Shown here: in pieces, positions 25,565 through 35,742 of the stretch
Numbering within the stretch: position 1 is the first letter of the stretch
Layout: every line of letters starts with the position of its first letter
Assembly (NCBI GenBank): GCA_041690355.1
Contig: JAWLHK010000015.1
Span: 62,001-97,841, forward strand
Length of the DNA stretch: 35,841 nucleotides
DNA from: a bacterium
Lineage (GTDB): Bacteria > J088 > JAWLBW01
Direction of reading: 5' to 3'
Notes under the pieces: model-generated
Database searches by the model: none
What the model was told of the DNA's origin: nothing
What the model saw: only the letters and a program-made list of their open reading frames with translations
Translations under genes and position numbers: made by a program

Positions 25565-28500
25565 GTGACGCAGCCCCCTTCCATCCCCCCTGATTCAGCC
25601 GCCGCCGAGACCACCCTGCGCGAGGCCGTAGAGGCCCTTCACGCGCGCGCGGGCGTGCGCCTTGCCGGAATCCGGGGTGCCGCACGGAGTTGGCTTGCCG
25701 CGGCCCTCTATCGCGCGAATCCGAGCCCGACGGTGGTCATCGTGCCGACCCAGGGCGACATCGAGCGCATGCGGGCAGAGCTCGCCTGGTTTCTGGCCGA
25801 TCGTTCGCTCCCGTATCCGGCGGTCGAGGCGGTGCGCATCCGCGCCTTCCCGGGCTGGCAGCTGCTCCCTTACGACGATGTCGTGCCGCATCCCGAGCTC
25901 GTCGGCGAACGGCTGGGCGCCCTGGCGTCGCTGCGCGAAGACGAGCGGCCCATGATCGTCACGACCTGGGAGGCCATGCAGTTGCGGACCGTCGCCGCCG
26001 ACCGGCTCGCGGCGGCGACGCTCCGGTTGGCGAAGGGGACCGAGCTGGCGCCGGCGGCCCTGAGCGCCCGCCTGCTGCAAGCGGGATACACGCGCGCCGA
26101 TCAGGTCGAAGACCCGGGAGAATTCGCGGTGCGCGGCGGTATCGTGGATATATTCCCGCTCGGGGCGCAGCAACCCGTGCGGCTTGAGTACTGGGGCGAC
26201 GTCATCGACGAGCTCCGGCGCTTCGATCCGGTTTCGCAGGTGAGCCTGCGCTCGCTGAACGCCGACGAAAGCGTGCTCGTGCTCCCCGCGCGCGAGTCCT
26301 TCTGGGTTCCCGACGAGGCCGAGCGCGTGGCGGCGGGGCTGCGCGACCTCGGCGCCGCCGTCGAGCTCAAGCGCACGAGCCTCGATGCGGCCCTGCAGTC
26401 GCTGCGCGAGCGCGGCTCGTTTCCCCTCCAGGACTACACGCTTCCCGCCTTGCTCCCGAGCGCCTGGTTCTGGGAGCATCTTCCCGCCGGCACGCGCATC
26501 TGGAGCGTGGAACAGGACGAAGGGTTTCGTTCGGTCGACGATACGCTGCGCGAGGCGGCGGGCCGCTACCGCACTCTGCTCGACGAAGAAAAGCTCCTGG
26601 CCCCCCCCGAGGCGGTCTTCGCCGACGAATCGACCCTGCGCCGGGGGATCGGGCAGTTTCACACCGGACGCCTCGAGTCGCTGGCCGTGCTCGGCGACAC
26701 GCTGCGCCTGGAGTCGCGCACGCACGACGGCCTGGCCAAGGAGCTGCAGCAGGCGGGGCAGCTGGGCCCCCTGGTGACGCGCCTGCGCCACTGGCTCGAC
26801 GAGGGGCACCGCGTGCGCCTCTCGGCCCGCACGCGCGGCGGAGTCGACCGCATGCGCGAGCTGCTCGCGGCCCACAACCTGCCGTTGACCGAGGGCGAAG
26901 ACAGGCCGGCCACGCTCGACATCGGGCAGTCGCCGTTGATGCGCGGTTTCCGCGTCGCCGCCGAGCGCCTCACGTTGCTGACCGAAGAAGACATCTTCGG
27001 CGCGCGCACGGTGCGCCACGCGCCCCCGACACGGGTGAAGAAGGAGAAGTTCGTCGCCGAGCTGCGCGAGCTCAAGCACGGCGATTTCATCGTGCACGTC
27101 GACTACGGCGTCGGCCGGTATCTCGGCCTGCAGACGCGCACCGTGGCGGGCGAGACCGGCGATTTCTTCGCCGTCGAATACTCCGGCGGCGACCGCCTCT
27201 TTCTGCCCGTCTACCGGCTCGAGGGGGTGCAGAAGTACGTCGGTTCGGAGGGGAGCGAGCCGCGGCTCGACAAACTCGGGACGCAGGGGTGGGAGAAAAC
27301 CAAGAAGCGCGTCAAGGAGGCCGTGCTCGCCATGGCCGCCGAACTGCTCGAGCTTTACGCCGCCCGCGAAGTCATGCCGGGGCAGGCGTTCGCGAAGCCC
27401 GGGCACCTCTACGAGGAGTTCGCCGCGAGCTTCGAATACGAGGAGACGCCCGACCAGGCGCAGGCCATTCGCGAAGTGATCGCCGATCTGCAGCGCCCGC
27501 GCCCCATGGATCGGCTCGTCTGCGGCGACGTCGGCTACGGAAAAACCGAAGTCGCCATGCGCGCGGCGTTCAAAGCGGTGGAGGAGGGGAAGCAGGCCGC
27601 CGTCCTCGTTCCGACCACGATTCTGGCCTTCCAGCACCTGCAGACCTTCCGCGAACGCTTCGAGGCGTTCCCCGTGAAGATTGAGATGCTCTCGCGGTTC
27701 GTGTCGCCGAAGGAGCAGAAAGACATCCTCGCGCGACTGCGAAAAGGCGAAGTCGACATCGTCATCGGCACGCACCGCATTCTGCAGAGCGACCTGGACT
27801 TCAAGGATCTGGGCCTGCTCGTCATCGACGAGGAACACCGGTTCGGCGTCAAGCACAAGGAGAAGATCAAGCAGCTCAAGAAGACCGTGCACGTGCTGAC
27901 GCTGACGGCCACTCCGATTCCGCGTACGCTGCACCTGTCGATTCTCGGGCTGCGCGATCTGTCGATCATCGCTACTCCGCCGCGCGACCGGCTCGCCATC
28001 CGTACCTACGTGACGCCGTTCGAAGAAGGGGTGCTTGCCGAAGCCATCCGGCGCGAGCTGCGCCGGCAGGGGCAGATCTTCTTCATTCACAACCGCATCG
28101 ATTCCATCCACGGCATGGCCGACGAGATCCGCCGCCTCGTGCCCGAGGTGCGCCTGGCCGTGGGCCATGGGCGCATGAAGGAAGACGAGCTCGAGAAGCT
28201 CATGCTCGCCTTCGTGCGCCGCGACTTCGACCTGCTGCTCTGCACGACCATCGTCGAAAGCGGCATCGACGTGCCCACCGCCAACACCATCGTCATCAAC
28301 CGGGCCGACCGTTTCGGGCTGGCCGAACTCTACCAGCTGCGCGGACGCGTCGGGCGCTCGAATCAGCGCGCCTATGCCTACCTGGTCATCGATTCCGAAA
28401 AGCAGCTTTCGGGCGAGGCGCGCCAGCGGCTCGACGTCATCCAGAGCTTCGCCGATCTGGGGGCCGGCTTCAAGGTGGCCGCTCACGACCTCGAGATCCG

Positions 28501-29074
28501 CGGGGCGGGCGACATCCTGGGGCAGAACCAGTCGGGGCAGATCGCGGCCGTCGGCTTCGATCTCTACACGTCGCTGCTCGAGCAGGCGGTGCAGGAGATC
28601 CGCGGCGAACCGGTGGTCGAGCGGCGCGAGCCCGAACTGAACGTGCACCTGCCCGCCTACATCCCCGAAAAATACATGCCCGACGTCGGGCAGCGCCTCG
28701 ACTTCTACCAGCGCCTGAGCCGCCTGCTGCACGAAGACGACACCGACATGCTGCGGGCCGAGATGGAAGACCGCTACGGGGAACTTCCGGTCGAAGCCGA
28801 GCACTTTCTCGAAGTCTCGCGGGCCAAGGTGCTCCTGCGCGCCCTGCGGGTGCGCGCGCTCGACCTCACGGCCGGCCGGGCGGTGCTGCGCCTCGACGCC
28901 GCGACGCCGGTCGATCCGGCCCGCGTGCTCGACCTGGTCGCCCGGCAGAACGACCGGGTGAAACTGGCCGGCGGCGACAAGCTGGTTTACAGACTGGACG
29001 AACGGACCCCGCTCGATTCGCTGAAAGAGCTCATGATCCGCTTGCGGGAGCTCCAAGGCTTTGTTAAGATTTAG
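25565..29074 (+). CDS. mfd: Transcription-repair coupling factor
   Basis: UvrB-homology N-terminus, CarD-like RID, CGDVGYGKTEVA, DEEHRFGV, TATPIPRT, QLRGRVGR, TRG motif. Confidence 0.98.
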   Translation: MTQPPSIPPDSAAAETTLREAVEALHARAGVRLAGIRGAARSWLAAALYRANPSPTVVIVPTQGDIERMRAELAWFLADRSLPYPAVEAVRIRAFPGWQLLPYDDVVPHPELVGERLGALASLREDERPMIVTTWEAMQLRTVAADRLAAATLRLAKGTELAPAALSARLLQAGYTRADQVEDPGEFAVRGGIVDIFPLGAQQPVRLEYWGDVIDELRRFDPVSQVSLRSLNADESVLVLPARESFWVPDEAERVAAGLRDLGAAVELKRTSLDAALQSLRERGSFPLQDYTLPALLPSAWFWEHLPAGTRIWSVEQDEGFRSVDDTLREAAGRYRTLLDEEKLLAPPEAVFADESTLRRGIGQFHTGRLESLAVLGDTLRLESRTHDGLAKELQQAGQLGPLVTRLRHWLDEGHRVRLSARTRGGVDRMRELLAAHNLPLTEGEDRPATLDIGQSPLMRGFRVAAERLTLLTEEDIFGARTVRHAPPTRVKKEKFVAELRELKHGDFIVHVDYGVGRYLGLQTRTVAGETGDFFAVEYSGGDRLFLPVYRLEGVQKYVGSEGSEPRLDKLGTQGWEKTKKRVKEAVLAMAAELLELYAAREVMPGQAFAKPGHLYEEFAASFEYEETPDQAQAIREVIADLQRPRPMDRLVCGDVGYGKTEVAMRAAFKAVEEGKQAAVLVPTTILAFQHLQTFRERFEAFPVKIEMLSRFVSPKEQKDILARLRKGEVDIVIGTHRILQSDLDFKDLGLLVIDEEHRFGVKHKEKIKQLKKTVHVLTLTATPIPRTLHLSILGLRDLSIIATPPRDRLAIRTYVTPFEEGVLAEAIRRELRRQGQIFFIHNRIDSIHGMADEIRRLVPEVRLAVGHGRMKEDELEKLMLAFVRRDFDLLLCTTIVESGIDVPTANTIVINRADRFGLAELYQLRGRVGRSNQRAYAYLVIDSEKQLSGEARQRLDVIQSFADLGAGFKVAAHDLEIRGAGDILGQNQSGQIAAVGFDLYTSLLEQAVQEIRGEPVVERREPELNVHLPAYIPEKYMPDVGQRLDFYQRLSRLLHEDDTDMLRAEMEDRYGELPVEAEHFLEVSRAKVLLRALRVRALDLTAGRAVLRLDAATPVDPARVLDLVARQNDRVKLAGGDKLVYRLDERTPLDSLKELMIRLRELQGFVKI

Positions 29075-29144
29075 CTTTTTATCGGTGCCTGCTTGCTCGT
29101 CCAGGGGCCGGCCCGAACCTTCACTCTTCAGGAGATTGGGATTC

Positions 29145-30122
29145 ATGGCAACGTTGCGGAATGTCTTTGTCACGGCCACCGTGACCGGTGTGGTGTTGAT
29201 GGGGGCTGCGTGCTCGAGCAAGGGTACCGATGCCGTCAAGAAAGAGGGCAAGGTCGTCGCCCAGGTCGATGACGTCACGATTACCACCGGCGAGCTGCAG
29301 GAAGAACTGGACAAGCTCCCCCCGTACCTGAAAGGGCGCGTCGCGACCGCAGAAGGGCGCCGGGAGTTTCTCGACAACCTGCTGACCCGCAAGGCGCTCA
29401 TGCTCGAGGCCGATACCCTGGGCATCGAAAACGATCCGCAGATTTCGCGCCAGATTGCCGAGTACAAGGAACGTCTCGTGCTGCAGAAGCTCATGCAGGA
29501 CAACATTCCCAAGGACCCGCAGCTGTCTGACGAAGAAATCCGCAAGTACTTCGACGAACATACCGACGAGTTCAAGGAAGGCGCCCAGGTTCGCGTGCGC
29601 CACGTGCTCATCAAGTCCGAACCCGGCGATCCCGACGCCAAGAAGCAGGAAGCGCGCCGTAAGGCCGAGCAGGTGCGCAAGCGAGCCCGGGGCGGTGAGG
29701 ACTTCGAGAAGCTGGCCAAGCAGTACAGCGAAGACGTGGGCAGCAAGAACCGCGGCGGCGACCTCGGGTTCTTCCCGCGCGGCCGCATGGCCAAGCCGTT
29801 TGAAGACACGGCGTTCGCGCTGAGCAAGCCCAACGAAATCAGCGATGTGGTCGAGACCCAGTTCGGCTATCACGTCATTCAGTACGTCGACCGCCAGGAA
29901 CCGAAGGAAAAGACCTTCGACGAGGCCAAGGAGCAGATTCGCCGCCGCCTCGCTCCCCAGCGCCAGCGCGACAGCTACCAGACGTTCATCACGAACATCA
30001 AGGACAAGCGCAAGATCGTCGTCCACGACGACGTGCTCGCCTCCATGGGTGGTGACAAGAGCGCCGAGGCCCCCAAGGCCGAACCGGCCGCTGCCGAGGC
30101 CGAAGGCGCCAAGGCTGAATGA
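29145..30122 (+). CDS. Parvulin (PpiC-type) peptidyl-prolyl isomerase lipoprotein, PrsA-like
   Basis: Lipobox GAAC, RHVLI, FEKLAKQYSED.GS...GGDLG, FE..AF, T.FGYHVI; AGGAG RBS. Confidence 0.92.
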   Translation: MATLRNVFVTATVTGVVLMGAACSSKGTDAVKKEGKVVAQVDDVTITTGELQEELDKLPPYLKGRVATAEGRREFLDNLLTRKALMLEADTLGIENDPQISRQIAEYKERLVLQKLMQDNIPKDPQLSDEEIRKYFDEHTDEFKEGAQVRVRHVLIKSEPGDPDAKKQEARRKAEQVRKRARGGEDFEKLAKQYSEDVGSKNRGGDLGFFPRGRMAKPFEDTAFALSKPNEISDVVETQFGYHVIQYVDRQEPKEKTFDEAKEQIRRRLAPQRQRDSYQTFITNIKDKRKIVVHDDVLASMGGDKSAEAPKAEPAAAEAEGAKAE

Positions 30123-31114
30123 CCTCGTCTGCGAGACGATTCGGAGGGGGGAAGGCGCATGCCTTCCCCTTCCTTTTTTTCAGAGGCACGGCCGCCGTCG
30201 CGATCGCCCTGGCGGCGCTCATCGGCGGGGGGCAGGCCGGGTGCAAGCCGGCCGGGTCGCGGCCCGTGGCCTCGGTCGACGGCGAGCCGATCCGCCGTGA
30301 CGCCTTCGAGGCCGAGCTGCGCCGCGTGCGGGGCGAGACCGGCGACCTCGTGCTCCAGGGCGAAGTGCTCTCGGCCCTGCGCATGAGCGTACTCAACCAG
30401 CTCATCGAAAACCGCCTGGTGACCCGCGAAGCGGCTCGCTACGGGATCGGCGTCAGCGAGGCCGAGGTCGACCAGCGTCTCCTGGCCATCCGGGCCGACT
30501 ACGCCGAGGGGGGCTTCGACCAGGCCCTGCGCGAGAATTTCGTGAATGTCAGCGACCTGCGCGATCGGCTCCGGCAGAGTGTCCTGCAGGAAAAAACCGT
30601 GCACGAAGCCGTCGGAAAAGGGCTCGAGCCCGACGACGAAGAGCTTCTGCGCTACTATCAGCGCCGGGCCGCCGATTTCTCGCTTCCCGAGCGGGTGCAG
30701 GTGCGCCAGATTGTCGTACGCAACCGCGAAGAGGGCGAGGCCCTGCGCGCCCGTATCCTGCAGGGAGAGAGCTTCGTGGAGCTGGCGAAACAGCATTCGC
30801 TGACACCCGACGCCCGCGAAGGGGGCGACGTGGGCGTGTTCGCCCGCGGCGAGATGCCCCCCGAGTTCGACCTTGCGTTCACGCTGCCGAAAGGCAAGGT
30901 GAGCACTGTCATCCGGTCGCAATACGGGTATCATATCCTGATGGTCGTCGATCAGCTTCCGGCCCGCATCCGGCCGTTCGAAGAGGTTCGAGACGAACTG
31001 CGCACGCTGCTCATCCGCGACCGGATGGAGAGCGCATACCAGCACTGGATTCAGCAGCTGCGCGACGAAGCAGACATCCGCATTTTTCAGGACGTGATTG
31101 AAGATGTTGAATGA
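30119..31114 (+). CDS. SurA-N + parvulin PPIase
   Basis: VASVDGE.I, LI...L, F.ELAK.HS......GGDVG, S.YGYHI; start uncertain. Confidence 0.88.
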   Translation: MTSSARRFGGGKAHAFPFLFFRGTAAVAIALAALIGGGQAGCKPAGSRPVASVDGEPIRRDAFEAELRRVRGETGDLVLQGEVLSALRMSVLNQLIENRLVTREAARYGIGVSEAEVDQRLLAIRADYAEGGFDQALRENFVNVSDLRDRLRQSVLQEKTVHEAVGKGLEPDDEELLRYYQRRAADFSLPERVQVRQIVVRNREEGEALRARILQGESFVELAKQHSLTPDAREGGDVGVFARGEMPPEFDLAFTLPKGKVSTVIRSQYGYHILMVVDQLPARIRPFEEVRDELRTLLIRDRMESAYQHWIQQLRDEADIRIFQDVIEDVE

Positions 31115-32051
31115 TTCGCTGCGCAGGCTGACGGCCGGAGTTCTCCTGTCCGGTGCCCTTGGCGCAGGGCTGACCCTGGCTTCGGCGCCGGACGCCCGGG
31201 CCGAGGTGGTCGACCGGGTAGTCGCCGTCGTCAATGAAGACGTCGTTCTTCTGTCCGATCTCGAGAAGGCGCGGCGCGACGTCGAGCAGGAGGCGCGCCT
31301 GATGGGGCAGCCCGACATGACGCTCGCCGACGAAGATCTGCTGCAGCGGCTGATCGACGAACGCCTGGTGCGTCAGGAGTCGCGCCGGCTGAACATCGAT
31401 GTGACCGAGAAAGAGATCGACAACGCCATCGCCGACGTCATGAAGGCGAACCGCCTCACCTTCGAGCAGTTGAAGGCGAATCTGGCGACGGAGGGGGTCG
31501 ATCTCGAGGAATACCGGAAGACGATCGGCGAACAGATCCGCCGCCTGAAGCTGACCAGCCGGGTCGTGCGCGATCGGGTTTCCATCGATCAGAGCCGGAT
31601 GCAGGCGTACTATTCCGCGAACCGGGAACTGTTTCTCGACGACCCGCAGATTCGGCTGCGCCGGATATTTTTCCCCGGACAGAACGACACGGCCGTTGCC
31701 GGGCAACTGCGGGCCCGGCTTGCCGAACAGCCGTTTCCCGCGCTCGTGACGGCCATTGCCGAAGCCGGCGGTGACGCCGTCGACTTCGGCTTTCTGCCGC
31801 CGACCGACGTTCGCGCCGACTACCTCGAGGCGGCCGGCAATCTTCAGCCGGGCGAGTGGAGCCCCCCGCTGGTGCTCGGCGACGGGGTGCACCTCGTGCA
31901 GCTCGTCGAGCGGCTCGAAGAGCGGGTCAAGCCGTTCAGCGAGGTCAAGGATCAGATCGAGCAGCGGCTGAACCAGGAAGAATCGCAACGCCAGTTTCTG
32001 CGCTGGCTTCAGGAGTTGCGCGATCGAAGCCACGTGCGCCTGATGCTCTAG
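31104..32051 (+). CDS. surA: SurA-like chaperone/PPIase
   Basis: Signal peptide, VDRVVAVVNEDV.L.SDL, LIDE.L..Q, degenerate rotamase domain (G.HLV). Confidence 0.85.
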   Translation: MLNDSLRRLTAGVLLSGALGAGLTLASAPDARAEVVDRVVAVVNEDVVLLSDLEKARRDVEQEARLMGQPDMTLADEDLLQRLIDERLVRQESRRLNIDVTEKEIDNAIADVMKANRLTFEQLKANLATEGVDLEEYRKTIGEQIRRLKLTSRVVRDRVSIDQSRMQAYYSANRELFLDDPQIRLRRIFFPGQNDTAVAGQLRARLAEQPFPALVTAIAEAGGDAVDFGFLPPTDVRADYLEAAGNLQPGEWSPPLVLGDGVHLVQLVERLEERVKPFSEVKDQIEQRLNQEESQRQFLRWLQELRDRSHVRLML

Positions 32052-32094
32052 CAGAAATCCGGCGCGCGTTTCCTTCAGACGGGAGCATCCTTCG

Positions 32095-32988
32095 ATGTCA
32101 ACACGGTACCTGTTCACTGCGGCCTCGCTGATCGTTCTGCTGTCCCTGGCCGGCTGCGGCGCCGGGCCGACCGACCGAACCGGCGACCAGACGACCATCG
32201 AATGTCCGGCATCGGATCTGGCGCCCGGCGAGTTTGAAGTCCTGGCCGATCTCGGCATGGGCAATGAAGGGATCGCCTTTTCGTCCGCCGGCGAGCTTTT
32301 CGTCTCGACCCAGGACCCGGCCGCAGTGTGGAAAATCGCCGCCGACGGTACGTCTACGCGCCTGGCCGACCTGCCGGGCGCGCTCGGTCTCGCCTTTCTC
32401 GGCGACACGCTGCTTGTCGCCGGCCTGAGCACGCACACCGTCTATGCCGTGGACGGGCAGGGGAGCGTGCGCGAGTTCGCGGCCCCGGTGAGCGACGCGA
32501 ATTTCGTGGTGGCGACCCCGTGGGCGACGGCGCTGGTGTCGAACGATTTCGAGAACACCATTCACGAAGTGGATGGCAGGAGCGCACCGGCGCTCTGGAG
32601 CGATGCCGTGGCCTCGCCGAACGGCATGGGCTTTTCGGCCGACGGCACGAGGCTCTGGGCCGCGACGACCTTCAAGGATCCCGGCCTGTACGAGTTTCCC
32701 GTGAAAGACGGGAAGGCGGGAACGCCACGCCGGGTGACCGGGTTCCGCGCCATCGACACGCCCGACGGCCTGGCCGTCGGCGCCGATGACACGGTGTACG
32801 TGGCGCTCAATCTGAGCGGTAAAGTCGTGCGGGTCGACCCGCGCTCGGGTTCGGTCGAGGAGGTCGCAACCGGGCTGGCGACGCCGGCCAGCCTCGCCTT
32901 CGGCCGGGGCGCATTCGATCCCTGCTCGCTGTATGGCACCGAGCTCCTGGGATCGCGCGTTTTCCGCCTGCGCGTCGGGCGGCGCTGA
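32095..32988 (+). CDS. SMP-30/gluconolactonase/LRE family beta-propeller lipoprotein
   Basis: Lipobox LAGC, EGIAF, PNGMGFS.DG..L, PDGLAV, P.SLAFG. Confidence 0.85.
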   Translation: MSTRYLFTAASLIVLLSLAGCGAGPTDRTGDQTTIECPASDLAPGEFEVLADLGMGNEGIAFSSAGELFVSTQDPAAVWKIAADGTSTRLADLPGALGLAFLGDTLLVAGLSTHTVYAVDGQGSVREFAAPVSDANFVVATPWATALVSNDFENTIHEVDGRSAPALWSDAVASPNGMGFSADGTRLWAATTFKDPGLYEFPVKDGKAGTPRRVTGFRAIDTPDGLAVGADDTVYVALNLSGKVVRVDPRSGSVEEVATGLATPASLAFGRGAFDPCSLYGTELLGSRVFRLRVGRR

Positions 32989-33096
32989 GGGGCGCGTAAC
33001 CACCCCCGCCGGACGTCCCGCCCCCTGCTCTGCAGCCCCGCACGGCCTGCACGGCCGCCCTCCGATGATGCGGGCCGTTCTGGTAGGCTTCGAGTC

Positions 33097-34635
33097 ATGG
33101 GCGGGGCCCGAACGCGAACCGTAGCCGATTTCATCGAAAGGCACGGGGGAGAGATTCTCGAGCGCTGGCGCAGCCGCGTCCTCGAAGATCCGCTCATCCC
33201 GCGGGCGAACGAGCAGCCCACGCCCGTTCTCAACAATCATATTCCTGATCTCCTGGCCGCCTTCACGCTGCAGCTGCGCCGCGGTGAGCTGTCGCAGGAC
33301 CCCGCCAACGTGAACGCGGTCACCGAGCGCATGCAGCCTCATGATCACGCGCACCTGCGTTACATGGCCGGGTACGATCTGCTGGCGGTGCTGCGAGAGT
33401 TCGGGCACCTGCGAGCGGCCGTGCTCGAAACCATCGAGCGCGAACGCTTCGAGATCGGCGGCGCCGAGCTGCTCCTGCTGCACGCAGTCATCGATCAGGT
33501 CATGTCGCAGTCGGCCCAGGAATCCGTGCGCTGGGAACGCCAGCTGGTGCAGTCGGTCGTCACGCAGAGCGGCGAGGGGATCGTGGTCGTCGATACGACA
33601 TTCCGCTATCGCATCGTCAATGAGACGGCGCGGCAACTTCTGGCCAACGACCACGTGGCGCCGGGGCTTCCGGCCGGCCGGCTCGCGCTGCTTGACGATT
33701 CGGGCGCGGCGCTGGATCTCGAGGCGATGCCCTTGACGCGCGCGCTGCGCGGCGAACGGGAACACCAGGGCAAGGCGCGCGTGCGCCGGCCCGACGGCAG
33801 CCTGATCCGCGTCGAGTATTCGTCGACGCCGCTGCGGGCCGAAGACGGCGACATCATCGGCGCCGCGCTCCTCTTCCGCGACCGCACGCGGGAATTCGAG
33901 GATGAGGAGTACCGCCAGCAGGCCGCCCAGTTCCGCGAGCGGTTTGTCGGCATGGTCGGACACGATCTGCGCGGACCGTTGACGGCCATCCGGATGTCTG
34001 CCGACATGGCGCTGATGCGCGATGCCGACGACCCGTCTGCGTTTCAACTCACGGCCACGCGCGCGCTGGAGCGCATCCGATCGGCGAGCGGCCGCATGGA
34101 ACGCATGATCAGGGATCTGCTCGACTTCACGCGGGCGCGGCTCGGCGGGGGGATACCGGTGCAGCGGCAGGAGACCGACCTGGGGCATCTTACGCGCACG
34201 GTGCTCGAAGAGATGGCGGCGGCCTTTCCCGATCGGCACGTCGAGTTCCGCCGGCGCGGCGACGTCTCGGGTTGCTGGGATCCCGATCGGCTCATGCAGG
34301 TGCTCGCGAATCTGCTGGGTAACGCGCTCACCCACAGCCCTGAAAACCGCCCGGTCGTCATCGACCTGGACGGCGAGCGGGAGGAGGTGGAATTTTCGGT
34401 CAACAACGGCGGCGCGCCGATCCCCCCCGACCGGCTGCCCGTCATCTTCGAACCGTTTCAGGTGGGCGACGAGGCCGCGCAGCACCGCGGCCTGGGCCTG
34501 GGGCTGTTCATTGCGCAGAGCATCGCCGTGTCACACGGCGGGAGTATCTCGGCGGTTTCCGACGCCGGCCAGGGGACGACGTTCACGCTGCGTCTGCCGC
34601 GCGGGCGGCCGCCCAAGGGCGCGCAGTCGATCTGA
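33097..34635 (+). CDS. Sensor histidine kinase (RsbRD-N-like + PAS + HisKA + HATPase)
   Basis: H-box GHDLRGPL, N-box NLLGNA, F-box IFEPF, GLGLGLFI; N-terminal IL.RW...H...R...GY.L..V..E pattern. Confidence 0.92.
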   Translation: MGGARTRTVADFIERHGGEILERWRSRVLEDPLIPRANEQPTPVLNNHIPDLLAAFTLQLRRGELSQDPANVNAVTERMQPHDHAHLRYMAGYDLLAVLREFGHLRAAVLETIERERFEIGGAELLLLHAVIDQVMSQSAQESVRWERQLVQSVVTQSGEGIVVVDTTFRYRIVNETARQLLANDHVAPGLPAGRLALLDDSGAALDLEAMPLTRALRGEREHQGKARVRRPDGSLIRVEYSSTPLRAEDGDIIGAALLFRDRTREFEDEEYRQQAAQFRERFVGMVGHDLRGPLTAIRMSADMALMRDADDPSAFQLTATRALERIRSASGRMERMIRDLLDFTRARLGGGIPVQRQETDLGHLTRTVLEEMAAAFPDRHVEFRRRGDVSGCWDPDRLMQVLANLLGNALTHSPENRPVVIDLDGEREEVEFSVNNGGAPIPPDRLPVIFEPFQVGDEAAQHRGLGLGLFIAQSIAVSHGGSISAVSDAGQGTTFTLRLPRGRPPKGAQSI

Positions 34636-34644
34636 GCAGCCGGG

Positions 34645-35538
34645 TTACCGGCCGCCGGGTTGGGGGCGCTCGCCGCGCGGGCGTTCCGGGCGTTCGCGAC
34701 GTTCGCGGCGTTCGGGGGCGAGCGAGGGATCGATGTTGCGCCCGATGCGTTCTTCACGCCGCTGCTCCCGCTCGAGCTGGTCGCGCAGGTGCTCGAGCCG
34801 CGAGGCCATCAACTTGGCCGGCCGGGCCGCGTCATGATTCCCTTCCATGCGCAGCTGGTTGTGGGTCTGCTCCAGTTCCTCGACGAATGTCTGCTCGGCT
34901 TCGAGAATCGCAAGCGCCTCGGCCGTACTCCTGCCGGTCAGCGTGTCATGCAGGGTCTGCCATCGCGCGCGCAGCTCGGGGCTCGCATGCCGCATGGCCG
35001 CATCGGGCACCTCCATCGCGCGCCCGATGCGCCGCTCGAGGCGTTCGGCGTCGCGCACGTGCATCTGTTCGCGGCGCTCTGCGGCGCGGTTCGCGATCTC
35101 GGTGGCCGGACGATTGAAAAACGCCGGTTCCTTCTTCGGATCGGCGGTCATCGCGCCGGGAAAGGCGTCACCGCGCGGATCGCGACCCTTGAACGACGGG
35201 TCGGCCTCGACCTCGGCCCCGTCGAACAGGGGCTCGCCGGCGCCCGCCCGTACGCGCAGGCCGACCTTGCCGTCGCTCCCGCGCAATGGTTCGAAGAAGT
35301 CCGCTCGGCGGAAAACCGACGCCTCCTGCACGCGCAGGGTCAGAAGCCGATACCCGTCCATCTGCTTGATGGCGGCCACGTAACCGACGTCGGCGCCGAG
35401 TCGCGAAACGGGAGCCTGTTCGCCGATTTCGGCCTGGCCCCGATAGCGCACGTAGATGCGGTCACCGGAGCAACCGTCCCAACCGCAGGCCGAGAGAAGA
35501 ATCGGGAGGGCAAGAAGAAAAATACGCAGGACAGGCAT
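34645..35538 (-). CDS. Lipoprotein with an MlaD/MCE-like N-terminal domain and a charged helical C-terminus
   Basis: Lipobox LSAC; APV...G.DVG.V..I pattern; Arg/Glu-rich tail. Confidence 0.55.
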   Translation of the reverse strand: MPVLRIFLLALPILLSACGWDGCSGDRIYVRYRGQAEIGEQAPVSRLGADVGYVAAIKQMDGYRLLTLRVQEASVFRRADFFEPLRGSDGKVGLRVRAGAGEPLFDGAEVEADPSFKGRDPRGDAFPGAMTADPKKEPAFFNRPATEIANRAAERREQMHVRDAERLERRIGRAMEVPDAAMRHASPELRARWQTLHDTLTGRSTAEALAILEAEQTFVEELEQTHNQLRMEGNHDAARPAKLMASRLEHLRDQLEREQRREERIGRNIDPSLAPERRERRERPERPRGERPQPGGR

Positions 35539-35696
35539 GGTAACTCGATGAGCGTGAGGTGGAATCTTGACCTGTAAGTGTATCAGGAAGCGGCGATACG
35601 ATTCTCATTCGCCGATCCCGGGCAGGGAGGAGCAGTTCAGCTCGAGATGCCGCTGGCTTTCCCGGCAGGCAGAGAAGACAGGGGGATCACGAACCG

Positions 35697-35736
35697 AAAA
35701 AAGAGCGGGGCGGGGAGCCAGTGCTCCCCGCCCCGT
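35697..35736 (-). terminator. Rho-independent terminator
   Basis: CGGGGCGGGGAGC-CAGT-GCTCCCCGCCCCG stem with an A-run on its left (T-run on the minus strand), just after the stop at 35743. Confidence 0.85.
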
Positions 35737-35742
35737 GAAGTA

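Noticed and set aside
25595..29833. 1412-aa minus-strand ORF, and similar long antisense ORFs (2809-4539, 16985-19168, 22399-24768, 32098-34485)
   Set aside because: Shadow frames opposite clearly identified genes in high-GC DNA; no recognisable motifs
29145..32051. Three tandem PPIase/SurA genes after mfd as an unusual expansion
   Set aside because: As I recall, this arrangement is common in deltaproteobacterial genomes; treated as housekeeping
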